NCBI RefSeq assembly: GCF_006345805.1
Contig: NC_043004.1
Location: 98,208,001-98,272,000 of the forward strand
Direction: 5' to 3'
Source: Octopus sinensis
Lineage: Eukaryota
DNA: 64,000 nucleotides
In this document: piece after piece, positions 27,926 through 40,659 of the stretch
Position numbering within the stretch: the first letter of the stretch is position 1
Layout of the letters: each line of letters starts with the position of its first letter
Translations under genes and position numbers: made by a program
The notes under the pieces: generated by a model
Told to the model about the DNA's origin: nothing
Databases searched by the model: none
Seen by the model: the letters and a program-made list of their open reading frames with translations, nothing else

Positions 27926-30538
27926 CGCATACGCACACACGTAACTGTGATCGTGTATATATGTTATTCTATGTACACATAATCGCGAATAACATTTCAT
28001 GTCCATTCTCCCTCCCTTTCATATGTTGGACGATTCATTTAGCTTCCGCCAGTAGAAGGTGTCACTACTTGTTACAGTCTTCTTGTTTTCTTGAGGTTCA
28101 ACCTTCACACTCCTGTGATCACCACTTCTTATGTTTTCTTTCATTTGTCTCTTTCAGAATATTTACATTTGGTAAGGGTCATGCTTTTTTTATGACTGCC
28201 ATCCTACATATTTATCACATTGCGGTAACTTGCACACTAAAATCTAAATCCATTCTACCCAGTTTTTCTCTCTGCATATTTATACTCCATTGTTTAATTC
28301 CATGCTGTGTGCCCTCACGACTACGATTGTACAGGTGGTATATATGGGTTTGCAATCAAGCTAACGAAGATGTTAGACTTGATATGAAGCCGGTGCAAGA
28401 GTGTGGTGATATGTATTGAGAATTAACAAAAACTAAATTCACCTAAATTCTTGCTAACTTCTCCAGAAGTTGATAGTTTTGTTACCTAGATTACATAATT
28501 GGCATTGAGTGTTCTGAAAACGTTGTAGTCAGAGTAGGAAGTCGCAGAATGTCCATGATGTTGTTATGTCTGTTAGCGACAGAAAGCTTCTTCCTTATAA
28601 TGCAAAGCCGATTGTATTATGTTTGTGACTGTGAACATATGGGCCTTGAATGCAGAAAACCTGCGTAGCTGAGAAAGAAATTAAATGAATTTCCTCCATT
28701 CTATGAGACTATTAGCATGCATAAATGATGGAGAATAAACGAACTGAGAGAACTAAAGAGGATTAAAACCTAGTGTGCTAGAAAGTAAACTGCCTGGTAA
28801 TGTAATGTGTACAGAGATTTATACAATGATGTGACCTTCAGTTAAAATGAATGAGACCTATTGAAGTAGGAGGTTGTGGTAAGGATGGTATTAAGTGTCG
28901 AATACTGATCTGAAGATTCTGCATGTCAGCTGGCATACATCGGTGGAAGTCGGAAAATAACTTTAAAACTGGCAGCGAGGGTAATTTGGAGGTATAATTT
29001 ATATAGATTTACCTCAAAATCTTTATCTACTGCCTCCTTAACTCTTTGTTATCCTTTCATTTCCCCATTGCAAATCTCTCTAACACTCTTCTCGCTGGAA
29101 CACATCTTTCTTTTACTCATTTCTCTATCACTGATCTCATTTATACCAACAAGTCTCTCCAACACTTTGCCTTAGTTCGCTAAGGACTTGTACTGTTTCA
29201 GTCAGTTAATATTTTTAAAACAGAAGCTAAGCACTGGTTTTTAAAAGCTTCTTTGTGTTTATGAGATATTTATATTTTATAACACTAAAGCGAGAATTCG
29301 TATATGACAAAATCTCATTTTGCAGACAGCGAAGAATATATGTTCGTTGAAATATAATGCCAAAACGACATTCGTCGAAGAAGATGACTGTAGAATGCAC
29401 CAATTTAAATATAGTGTAGATTTGGCACCTGAAGATAATTGCAGAATACTAAATTATATTTTAGTGTTACCAGAAACAGAATAAATGGAGTTTAATAGCT
29501 CAAGCAATATACGTATAATACTCTCGTAAAAATCTCATCTCAGACAAATAGTCAGCCTCCAAGGAAATATCGATCATGATCAAAGTGTTCACAACATTCG
29601 GAAAAATCAAGTTTCTGAGTTAATCTCATGTGACCTTCAACCGCACTTTCTCTGATATTGTCATCAAATAATAATATGCACCCCTCCTCTTCTCACCCCT
29701 GTCTCCACCACCATTACCGCCACTACCATCACTAACACCGCTACCATCTGCAGTTAACCATGTCGTTTGTTATCAAATAAACTTAGTTAAGTTTCAATCA
29801 TAAAATTGCTTTTTCATCAAGAGCTTAATTACAATTAAATTGATGTTGTTGATTTTTATTGCTTTTGTTGTTGCTAAGATTATTGCAGCATTTTTTTTCC
29901 AGTTCTTCCTTTAATACATAGAGTATTTAATAATGTCATCGCTCCCCACTACAAAATGTTCTGCTGCAATTAATATAGCAATAAGAGAGTTTATAAACAT
30001 ATCATTTATTGCTATTTCAATCAATTTGACAAAAGAGAGGTGAAATAATTTCACTGTTCGGTTTTAATTGTTATATTTGTTGTTGATATTAACGCCATGA
30101 GTCAGTAGATTGAACTCTCAATTTGGATTTCAACGAGCAAATGGAACCCATTTAAATACCTTTCCTAATGCATATGAACAATGTAGCTTTTCATCATTTC
30201 TAATATTTTCTTTGATGTTCCATAGGTTTGACAAGTAGGGATCGAGTAGTGTTAGGAAGTATTACACGAGTCTCATAAATAACATACTATTTAGTTTCAG
30301 TCCTTCATGTTGTGAGTTCGTATCCCCCTGGAGTTGTCATTACCATTTATATCACAGAGCTTGATAAATATATAATCAATATCGATAACCTAAAACTAAT
30401 ATCCAGATCTTCCTTCAGTTACATGACATTATCCTTAAAAGGACGAGATGGAGTATGTACTAGCAGATACCACCTGAAATAAAGAATTAGTGGTCATGAC
30501 AGGTAAGTTAAGCAAGGGCTAAACAACAGAAACAACAA

Positions 30539-30902
30539 GTGGAGGTGTAATGGCCCAGTGGTTAGGGCAGCGGACTCGCGGTCTCGCGGTTTCGATTCCC
30601 AGACCGAGCGTTGTTTGTGTTTATTGAGCAAAAACACCTAAAGCTCCATGAGGCTCCGGCAGGGGGGTGGGTGGCGACCCCTGTTGTACTCTTTTGCCCC
30701 AACTTTCTCTCACTCTTTCTTCCTGTTTCTTGTCCCCAACTTCCTACGCAACCGCTGAGCCTCGATGCGCATTTATCCATCCGTCGATGCTCTCGGTGTC
30801 GGGGGGTTGACCTGCTTTCACATCTGCGGGTTTTACGAATAGCAAAGGACCACGTTTCGGACTTCTCCCACTGCAAGCTCTGAGACGAAGACCGCTTCGC
30901 TC
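30539..30902 (+). mobile_element. SINE with family A head/core and a second alternative 3' tail
   Basis: Family A head to ~30730, then ...gagcctcgatgcgc...gacgaagaccgcttcgctc; whole unit flanked by aacagaaacaac / aacagcaacaac (TSD-like). Confidence 0.85.
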
Positions 30903-31059
30903 AACAGCAACAACTAGCTGTGTCACTCAAACTACACACATTTCAAGCAAAAGACAATGAGGCTATACTTGGATGATTACGTCGCTACAACACTGCTTCG
31001 AGGGAACGTGTGTAACGTGTGATACCCGCCTTGACTATGACACAAAGTTAACCAGAGAA

Positions 31060-31676
31060 TCTGCATTGAATTTTGTCAAACACAAAGCGATACTTGTTCA
31101 CAGGCCTATGCAAAGTTTTCAAAACCTTTTCATCAATCAAGAGATCTTGTGCAACTGAAACCCCAGTGTCTCTTTAGTCAGCTGAAAGCAGTTTTGGCAC
31201 AAACTTGACACAAAGTCATCTTATACAAATCGTCGGTGATAATGAACTAAACTGAATCGTAACTAATCTGCACAACTTCTGATAACCCCGGATGATGAAA
31301 CGACAATTTCCCATCACAGCTGCCCGTACATCTGCGATGTTTTTCTCAGTTCTGCCGATTGCATGTCTCTCAGAACGTTCGTCAACATCGACTTTTTTTT
31401 CGGTCATCTTGGAAACAACTGAACCACTCGTACACTCCCATCCACACATTTTTTACAACTTTGCATAGGACTCTGAGACGGTATCACCATGACAACTTTC
31501 TCTGTCATGGTCAATGCGACGGTCACACGCTACACACGTTCCTTCCAAGCACTGCTGTAAACAGCAGAAATGAGCCAATATGCTAAAACTTAGCATGCAT
31601 GCACAGCAGGGTTTGAAGTCAATTTACTACTACTTGTCATTGTTAATATTTCCTCTGATCCCACATAAATTTTGGC
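31060..31676 (-). mobile_element. Decayed mariner transposon, 5' portion
   Basis: Minus translation VDVDERSERHAIGRTEKNIADVRAAVMGNCRFIIR resembles mariner 'D..RSGRP.T....NI..V...V..NRR.TIR'; downstream aagtttgtgccaaaactg encodes the KFVPKL motif. Confidence 0.7.
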
Positions 31677-32423
31677 TAAATTATTATTATTATCATTATT
31701 ACCGCCATCACCATTATTACCACCATTATTATTATTCCTATTTATTATTAAAAGGTATTATTCAATGTTGTTTAGTTTCAACTTTTGTCTTGTACTTGAG
31801 ATGATCATAAATATGTGAGTGTTTAAGGGAATAGCAGGAGCAGGGTAGACAGCTTGGTGAATAGATTAAATTCAACAGGTCGGTAAATAGATTCGGCAGA
31901 TGGTGAAGAGATCAGCAATGGGCATTCTGGTGCGATAAAGAGACAAAAGCGGCCTCACACCGTTAAGGTCAGCAGAGGTCAAATATGTTTAGTACTACTA
32001 GCGATCAATGAAAGCGCTGTCCTTGGCCTTGAAAAGAACCAAGTCACCTTGTTCTATTTTTCATTACTGATAGAAAAAATAATTATATACATATTTTTGA
32101 AAATCTAAATTTTTTCGTTCGAAATTATTATTTTCTTCTTTTTTTTTCTTTTTATAAGTTTTACTGTGGTTTTCAGTTTTTGTAATAGTGCAGTTTGTAT
32201 ATATTGGCAGGTGCTTACATTCTTTTTTCCTTTTTCTTTTTATTGTGCATTTAATTGTATTGTTACAATAAAAGGCATACCTATATATTCGGGTAGTCAG
32301 GGAAAAAGAGAGATAAAATTTTCACACAAAGTTGTAGATAATTAAATTTTCTAAATTTTTTTGAGATGTTCGTTTGTATGTCCGGTGACAGAAGACTGTC
32401 ATGTTTTTGTAATAAAAATGTTT

Positions 32424-32464
<41 letters not shown>

Positions 32465-32704
32465 AATTAATATAGACAGCAGTGTGAATTTTTTTACCAA
32501 AAGGAAAAGCTATGATTATTGCAAAATATGACTAAGGTGTTAGAACACCTAATTTGCTAGATAAGAGGTAAAAACACTTATGCTGTAGTTAAAGCACATA
32601 ATCGTATACATATATACTCACAGGGAGTATAAGCGCCTGAAATCATCAGTCAATAATTCCCTATACAGTTTCGGCTAATTCCGTATTCTCATAAGTATTC
32701 TCAT

Positions 32705-32769
32705 AATTAAGTCAAGAATCAGACGATTAGAGAAGTCCCTTCTCTAATCGTCTGATTCCTGACTTAATT
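32705..32769. repeat. Near-perfect 31-bp inverted repeat with 3-nt loop
   Basis: aattaagtcaagaatcagacgattagagaag-tcc-cttctctaatcgtctgattcctgacttaatt; one mismatch. Confidence 0.95.
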
Positions 32770-33083
32770 GTCTCTCAGTACATAGTTACTATAAAAATCT
32801 ATGGGTGATTTAACGAATCGCTAATGTGCATACAAACATTAATATAGACAGCCGTGTGCAATTTTTTATGTATATATATGAAGCTAAATTAGCCGGTTTT
32901 AAAACCTCTGAGAGAGATTCAAGTATTAACGATACTAAACAGCAATTTTTTCTTGCTACTTCAACGTGGCTGTTTCATTCAGAACTATGTTACTACAGTT
33001 CAACCCAGGAAAACATTTTTTCCAGTTGGTTAGCGACACACAACCTGTGTCTTATATATTACCCACAATATATCAGTCACGGG

Positions 33084-33315
33084 AAGGCGGCAAGCTGGTA
33101 GAAACGTTAGCACGCCGGGCAAAATGCTTAGCGGTATTTCGTCTGCCGCTACGTTCTGAGTTCAAATTCCGCCGAGGGCAATTTTGCCTTTCATCATTTC
33201 GAGGTAGATTAAATAAGTACCAGTTACGCACTGGGATCGATATGATGGACTTAATCCGTTTGTCTGTCCTTGTTTGTCCCCTCTGTGTGTAGCCCCTTGT
33301 GGGCAGTAAAGAAAT
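33084..33315 (+). mobile_element. SINE family C, long-tail form
   Basis: aaggcggcaagctggtagaaacgttagcacg...gagttcaaattccgccgag...ccccttgtgggcagtaaagaaata. Confidence 0.9.
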
Positions 33316-33320
33316 AAAAA

Positions 33321-33500
33321 ATGTTAGCATGCCGGGCGAAATGCTTACCAGTATTCCGGCTGCCTTTACGTTCTGAGTTCATATAACGCCGAGGTCGACT
33401 TTGCCTTTCATCGTTTCGGGATCGAAAAATAGAATACCAGTTGCGTACTGGGGTCGATCTAATCAACTGTTCTCCGACCCAAAAATCTCAGTAGAAAATA
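33321..33500 (+). mobile_element. SINE family C, 5'-truncated short-tail form directly behind previous copy
   Basis: gttagcatgccgggcgaaatgc...ggggtcgatctaatcaactgttctccgaccc. Confidence 0.8.
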
Positions 33501-33893
33501 AATAATATATCAGGCACAGGTCGTGTGTCGTTGACCATGCATGCATGTATATATATATGCGTGCATGTATATATACATGACATATACGATACGCGAAAAT
33601 CCCTCTATGAGTTTCTGTTATGTATTATGTATATTTTACATGAAACACTATACATTACAATATGTGCATAATTACGAAGACATGTATTCATAAACCTACT
33701 CAATAATTCGTGTTCTCAAGTGGAACAGATGTTACCAACTAGTATGATAATATTAGATAAACACTTATGTCTCTCTTGTACAAACCCTTACTTCCTTTTC
33801 TGTGTATGTACATGTGTGCTTGTGCATGTGCATTAGGGTGTATATATATGTATAGAGAGATAGGGGGAAGAGACAATAAATACAAAGTATATA

Positions 33894-33947
<54 letters not shown>

Positions 33948-34057
33948 TCTTTCATCTTTCTATTTTTGAATGAGTGCGTGCATATATATGCATACTTATG
34001 TTCAAATGCATTCACTTGCATGTGTGAGTAATATTGTGCGTATACATACACACAAAC

Positions 34058-34089
<32 letters not shown>

Positions 34090-34140
34090 TATATGTGTGA
34101 ATATATGCGACATTGGAGTGAAGAAGAGAGGAAGCTAAAC

Positions 34141-34173
<33 letters not shown>

Positions 34174-34447
34174 TGCACAGAGAGAGAGAGAAAACTGGGG
34201 TTCAATAAACACATCAGACGTCGACAATGACAAGTCTAGGAGGTTATGGGGATCTGCCGGTCCAGCTGCTGCTGATTGGAGCTTCATCTATTATCTAAAA
34301 ATGTAAAGTGAAGTAAAAAAGAATAAAACACACACACATACTTAAATACATGCATACATACATACATACATATATATATATATTATATATATATATATAT
34401 ATATTATATATATGTATACATATATATAATATATATATGTGTGTGTG

Positions 34448-34518
<71 letters not shown>

Positions 34519-34654
34519 AATGATGCAGTGAGGAAAATTGCCAAGATATGTTATTTCCGTCCTAACTAATGCAATTATGGAGTATCTATTCTTTCTTTTT
34601 CTGTTCCACATTTTCTTGCCTTATATTATCCAACACCACCAACAACAAAAGCAG

Positions 34655-34849
34655 CAGTGATGATGATGATAATAATAATAATAATAATAATAAAATAATA
34701 ATAATAATAATAATAATAATTTATGATAATAATAATAATAATAATTTATAATAATAATAATAATAATTATAATAATAATAATTATTATTATAATAATGAT
34801 ATTAATAATAATATTAGTAATAATAATAATAATGATAATAATAATAATA

Positions 34850-34912
<63 letters not shown>

Positions 34913-35065
34913 AAGAGAAGAAGAAGAAGAAGAAGAAGAAGAAGAAGAAGAAAAAGAAGCAGAAGAAGAAGAACAACAACAACAACCACAACGCTAATGA
35001 TGAGTAAGATAATTAAAATGACATCATTATTATTATTATTATTAATATTATTATCATTATTATTA

Positions 35066-35116
<51 letters not shown>
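34655..35116. repeat. Compound (TAA)n/(GAA)n/(ATT)n microsatellite
   Basis: Direct reading. Confidence 0.95.
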
Positions 35117-35117
<1 letters not shown>

Positions 35118-35468
35118 GTTTGAGAACTGGGTGTTTTAGCGGCCTAAATTATCTCGCCAACAATCTATTAGATTACTAGCGTCGAGATGAAACTCATAAT
35201 TAATAATAACAAATATTACAAAAATCTATATAAATTAATCTTTTTAAGTAAAAATCAAGCTAAAATGACAACAGCAGTGTCAGAAAAACAGAAACAGCAA
35301 TAAAAGTAAGAATGATAATAGCAAGGTTCCTGGTGAGTTTATTTAAAATGAATTTGAAAACAGAAGTTAGTCTTCTGTCTTCAGGCCACTGTATTTCTGA
35401 CACGTGTTTCAGAGAAACTGCTGTCTTTTATTTTCTGTATCATTTATTAATATATTCAATAAGTATTT

Positions 35469-35554
<86 letters not shown>

Positions 35555-35579
35555 CTCCCACACACACGCACATATATAT

Positions 35580-35709
35580 AGGCATGTCTGTGTGGTAAGG
35601 AGCTTCAATCCCACTGCGTGGTACCTGGGGCGAGGGTCTTTTACTGTACACTTGGGTCGACGAAAGCCTATGAGTGGATTTGGTAGACGGTAACTGAAAG
35701 AAGCCCGTC

Positions 35710-35754
<45 letters not shown>

Positions 35755-35977
35755 TGTGTGTTTGTGTGTGTGTGCCTTTTCATCACTGATTGTTCCCCCA
35801 CCATCGTTTGACAACCGATGTTGATGTGTTTACGCCCCCGTAACTTAGCGGTAGAATGAGTACTAGGCTTACAAAAATCAGTCCTGGGGTCGATTTCTTC
35901 GACTAAAACTTTTAAGCCGGTGCTCACGCATGGCTGCAGTCAAATGACTGAAACAAGCAAAAGGAAGAAATAAAAGA
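35580..35977 (+). mobile_element. SINE family B, older diverged copy
   Basis: ggcatgtctgtgtggtaag...aactgaaagaagcccgtcg...cagtcaaatgactgaaacaag. Confidence 0.85.
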
Positions 35978-36030
35978 ATCTATATATATATACATATTTA
36001 TACATCGTGTTATTATTCGTTTGATTATAT

Positions 36031-36245
36031 AAGGCGGGAAGCTGGCAGATTCGGTAGCACACCAGGTGAAATGCTTAGCAGTATTTCACCCGACTTCACG
36101 TTCTGAGTTCAAATTCCGTCGAGGTTGACTTTATCTTTCATCATTTCGGGGTCGATAAATTAAATGCCAGTTGCGTGCTGGGGTCGATGTAATCGACTAG
36201 TCCCTTCCCCTAAAATTTTAGACCCTGTGCCTTTAATAGAAAGGG
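36031..36245 (+). mobile_element. SINE family C, short-tail form with TSD
   Basis: aaggcgggaagctggcag...gtgcctttaatagaaagg flanked by ttattcgtttgattata / ttattcatttgattata. Confidence 0.88.
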
Positions 36246-36505
36246 TTATTCATTTGATTATAATACACCATGGGGATTTACGACTTGTCAGACACCCTAG
36301 GGTATACTAACATCGTACTATTCAAAGTAACGCGTGGTGTGGACCAGCTCCAAAACACTAAGTGCTCATAGGGTTTGTTTTCTTTGTATACACAACCGGA
36401 ATATTCTATTTGATACTTAGGTCGGAACCACAGTTTTATCCATCCCTACTAACTACGTATCGTTTCAAGTACCTGATTCTATCTGAATCTTTATTTTTCT
36501 ATATA

Positions 36506-36810
36506 CTAGCAATATCGCCCGGCGTTGCTCGGGTTTGTAAGGGAAATAACTATATAAGCATTTTTAGAGATTTACTTCCCTTATATAACCCGAACAAAAA
36601 TCATTAAAAATGCGGAAAAATGATGGTAATTTTTATTAAATCCTAGACTCAGCGTAAACGCGCGCTAATACCCAGAAGGGCTTGATATGAATGACGACTG
36701 TAAGATATCCGCTTTTGGTTAAACTGCACCACAAAATGTGGGAGTAGTTAGGAATCTAAATCGGAGGAGACAGAGTCTCACACACACAACTTCAATTTTA
36801 TATATAAAGA
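36506..36810 (-). mobile_element. Complete non-autonomous Helitron (~305 bp)
   Basis: Minus strand begins A|TCTTTATATATAAA, ends CTAG|T; GC-rich subterminal hairpin cccgagcaacgccggg (36518-36533) just before the 3' CTAG; A/T insertion site, no TSD. Confidence 0.88.
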
Positions 36811-37199
36811 TATATAGGAATTTTGGAAAGAGTACCATCAAAATAAAAGTCCCCTCGCAACATGAAACCGAGGACTTCTGAACGAAAATTTGGTGAGATG
36901 AAAACGAGCCGAACTGTGATGATCCATGGATTAAAAGACAAAATGATGCCCCATGGATTTGATAGACAAAAATGAAGACGCTAATCTAATAGGAGTGCAA
37001 ATATGGAAATAAATTAGTGTAAAAAATGTCCTACTCACAATAAAAATGTCCAGTAAATGGAAGTCCCCTTAAATGGATAAGACTCCACACAATGAAATCA
37101 ATGTCTTTACAAACTCACACAAGAAATTAACTTGCTAGTCCAACGCGCTTGTGAAAGAAGTGCAGTCGACCCTAGAGTGGCTTCCAGATACTGTTACGT

Positions 37200-37298
37200 T
37201 TTTGCTTCCAGCATTTCTTGAGATATCTTGTACAAGGACAGACAAAGAAACGAACACGACTGAAAACAATACCGCCGTCTTCGCTAAGGTGGAGTTAA
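37200..37298 (-). mobile_element. Helentron/HINE-like terminal fragment
   Basis: Minus strand ttaactccaccttagcgaagacggcggtattgttttcagtcgtg...tgtctgtcc...gatatctcaag: terminal palindrome followed by a (gttt/gtct) tract, the layout of non-autonomous Helentrons; abuts a T-rich repeat. Confidence 0.5.
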
Positions 37299-37492
37299 TA
37301 ATAATGATAATAATAATAATAATAATAATAATGATGATGATGATGATGATGAGGATGAGGATGAGGATGAGGATGAAGATGATGATGATGATGATGATGA
37401 TGACGATGTTGACGACGACGACGACGACAATGATGATGATGATGATGACGTTGACGATGAAGATGATGATGATGATGCTGATGATGATGATA
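37297..37492. repeat. (TAA)n/(GAT)n microsatellite
   Basis: Direct reading. Confidence 0.95.
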
Positions 37493-37544
37493 AACCTGCT
37501 ATAAAACTGCCACAATAGCGATGAACAAGTACTTGTCTAATAAA

Positions 37545-37699
37545 GAGGACTGGATGGAACTGATAATTAATTTAGCGACCCCGAAAGTATGAACGGTAAA
37601 GTCGACCTCGGCGGAATTTGAACTCAGGGCGTAAATACAGACAGAATTCCGCTAATTATTTCGATCGACGAGCTAATGTTTCTGCCAGCTCACCGCCTT
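37545..37699 (-). mobile_element. SINE family C, diverged copy
   Basis: gaccccgaaagtatgaacggtaaagtcgacctcggcggaatttgaactcag...tctgccagctcaccgcctt. Confidence 0.82.
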
Positions 37700-37845
37700 T
37701 GTAACTGCACGTATATTGCGTAAAATACTGTCTGTCTAAGGTCCTTGTTGTGACTTGAGAGACAGTGCAACCCCCCGGTAGACACAATATCTCCGATCAA
37801 CAACAACACATTACTGGTTACTGTGCGACGTCTCGAATAATAATG

Positions 37846-37899
<54 letters not shown>

Positions 37900-38099
37900 T
37901 AATAATAATAATAATAATAGCTTTTCGACGTAGATATAAGGCTACAAATAAGAACTAGATGTAGACAATGAAAATGACCCTTGATTTTGACTGGTACTTT
38001 ATCCTGTTGCTACCATACATTCATAAAAACGAAATATTATGACCCTAGGAAATCTTGAACTTAGAATTAAAGAGACCGAGAAAACGCAGCGGGAAGAAT

Positions 38100-39650
38100 T
38101 TTTCACGAATGCTTTAACGATCCTGTATAATAATACGGCTTCTCTTTTAAATTTAGACTGCTGATACAGTTTCTTTTTTTCATTCTTACTCTTTCACCTA
38201 CATATTCTATTGCATTTATAAGCAGTATGCTTTCATCTATACAACGCCATATATTTTTTAAAGAAATGCTACTCATGTTCATCACATCATATCATTTAAT
38301 CAGTACATTGACGTATATGCACTTTTCTATGCTGTCACATGTTTAATGCACCATCAATTATTGACACTTGAAAATCATTTTTTAAAAATGTTCTCATTCA
38401 CTCTATGAAACCTTTTCTACCCAAAATTTTTAACAGCTTGATAGTTTATTTCTGTCTTTTATACTTTTTTGAAATATCAAAATATCTTTCATCTTCAAAT
38501 AATATTAAAGAAGTGAATGATATCTGAAATCAGAAGTAGTTGTAATATTATTCTAAAAGTATTCGAAACATCACAAGTTTTAAATAAATATATGTCAGAA
38601 TCATAGGTTGTAAAAAACAAGTTGCGTAAACTTTCACTGTATTTCTTCTTGGCAGTTTCTAATATTTAAAACATGGATGACTTGAGTTGATAAGACACCA
38701 AAGAGTGGCAGCTTGTTCATATCTATGCCAAAGATATTCAGCTCTCAACAACTGAGTTTCTCTACCCCACCATAATATCACTTTAGAGAACAGTGCAATC
38801 TATAATTTGCAGTGGTATTTTAGGAATATTTTATGAATTTGAAATATTTGGCTGATTCTCTAAAACAATAAAACTTTTGTAAGGAATGCGGTTTCAGTTT
38901 TCAATACACGGGAGGTTTTGCCTCTTATCTTCGGAAAACTGCAAAGACTAGAAAAACACACCTGTGCTTTGAGTCGTAGTAATTCATTAACTGATTTAGT
39001 TAACCTAATATATTTTTATGAACCTCACACAAAGTTTGCAGATCTTTATATTTGGTTTCTGTTTCACTTATCACATCGATATATCCGTCTTTTCTCTTCT
39101 CACCGTTTCCTTAGGCCTACGCAAGCCATTATTCCCAATTCTTTAGTCATCACTTCTCAACTGTTCTTTCTCCTTCATGCAGTAAATTTCAGACATTCAA
39201 ATTGAACATCCCCCATATTACTTTTACAAAGTCTATGAAAGTCATGGGCTTTGTTTCAATATCCTGTATAAACTATAAAAGAAGATACATTTATAAAGGT
39301 TAACTTTTTAACCTGTCACTTCATAATAATATATTAACACTAATGTAAAAATAATGATTGCTATGCAAATGCTGTCAATGAAATATTTAATTTTTACAAT
39401 ACTGTTCCTCTTCACTAGCAAATCTACACTTTTGTAAATTTACTCAAAAATTCTGTTCAGAAAGCACAGTATAGACTATACTTCACTGAATTGTGATAAG
39501 ACTGATGTTAGATGTTGTGTAGAAAAATGAAAATAATATTAATCATTGAAAAACAGAGATAATTTTTTAATGACATATTTGCAATTAGCTTCGTAATTTC
39601 CATTGCATTGAATTATGCTAACATTCAATCTTCTGTTGTTCTGTATACAA
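38100..39650 (-). mobile_element. Possible ancient DNA transposon (hAT-like) debris
   Basis: Microsatellite-free AT-rich block; minus translation SILLINAIEYVGERV.MKKRNCI weakly recalls the hAT dimerisation motif (IP.SNA..ER.FS....RN.L). Weak. Confidence 0.2.
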
Positions 39651-39711
39651 CTAGTATCATTGAATTATTTAACAATTAACAAATTATATTTTAATATTTT
39701 CCCGTGACAGT

Positions 39712-39871
39712 AATTCTTTCTACTCGAGGTACAAGGCCTGAAATTTTGGTTGAATTAGAACGATTCCAGTACACAACTGGTACTCAATTTATCGACCCAC
39801 AAATTTTGAAAGGCAAAGCAGCTGACCTCGGCGAAATTTGAACTCAGAACGTAAAGACAGACGAAATACCT
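39712..39871 (-). mobile_element. SINE family C, 5'-truncated short-tail form
   Basis: Minus strand ggtatttcgtctgtctttacgttctgagttcaaatttcgccgagg...aaaatttcaggccttgtacctcgagtagaaagaatta. Confidence 0.78.
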
Positions 39872-39882
39872 ATTTCTTTACT

Positions 39883-40114
39883 TATTTCTTTACTACCCAC
39901 AGAGAGTAAACACAGAGAGGAGAAACAAGGACAGACAAACGGATTAAGTCGATTATATCGACCCCAGTGCGTAACTGGTACTTATTTAATCGACCCCGAA
40001 AGGATGAAGGGCGAAGTCGACCTCGGTGGAATTTGAACTCAGAACTTAGCGGCTAACGAAATACTGCTAAGCATTTCGGCCGGCGTGCTAACATTTCTGC
40101 CAGCACGCCGCCTT
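39883..40114 (-). mobile_element. SINE family C, long-tail form
   Basis: Full head-to-tail match to 33084-33315. Confidence 0.9.
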
Positions 40115-40659
40115 CCCCAAGACACAAAATCTAACATCTTATATACTGATTTAGTGAATCTAAAGTAGTTATCAAAGATAAGTTTTTAACTCGATCGGTC
40201 CTGAGCATGTGGGGATAACTGTGTATGTAAATGAGCTCCTAAACCAGAACACATAAAATTTCGCCTCTTCCAAATAGGAAAGATTCACTGAACAACTACT
40301 AAACAGAAAAATCTAGAAATAGATGAAAATATTCTGAATTGACTGCCAATAAATTTTACATCAATATTGCATTACTTTGTAGTCAAACGGCGTTTGTTTT
40401 GTTAAGAGTCAAATGACACGTGTGAGCCTATCGGTAATTTTTTATTCAATCAGACGTGAGCATTACGGAAAACAAATTTTCTGTACGACGTCACGTAACG
40501 AAATACTTACAGTTATGAATTTTTGCTGGTTAAAATTATTGCGTTTTTTCTCTTTGAGCACACTGAAATTAATACAAACGAATATTTTTGTACCAGTTGC
40601 TAACAAGTATTTGATTAAGAAAGTTTCTGACGAGAAACCAACGAGAGAATTTGTGAATT

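Noticed and set aside
27706-28419. Longest ORF (237 aa)
   Set aside because: Runs through (TA)n repeats; remainder has no recognisable motif.
32630-32685. Minus-strand GAAAC...CTGATGA arrangement (type II HHR?)
   Set aside because: Stems I and II do not pair convincingly.
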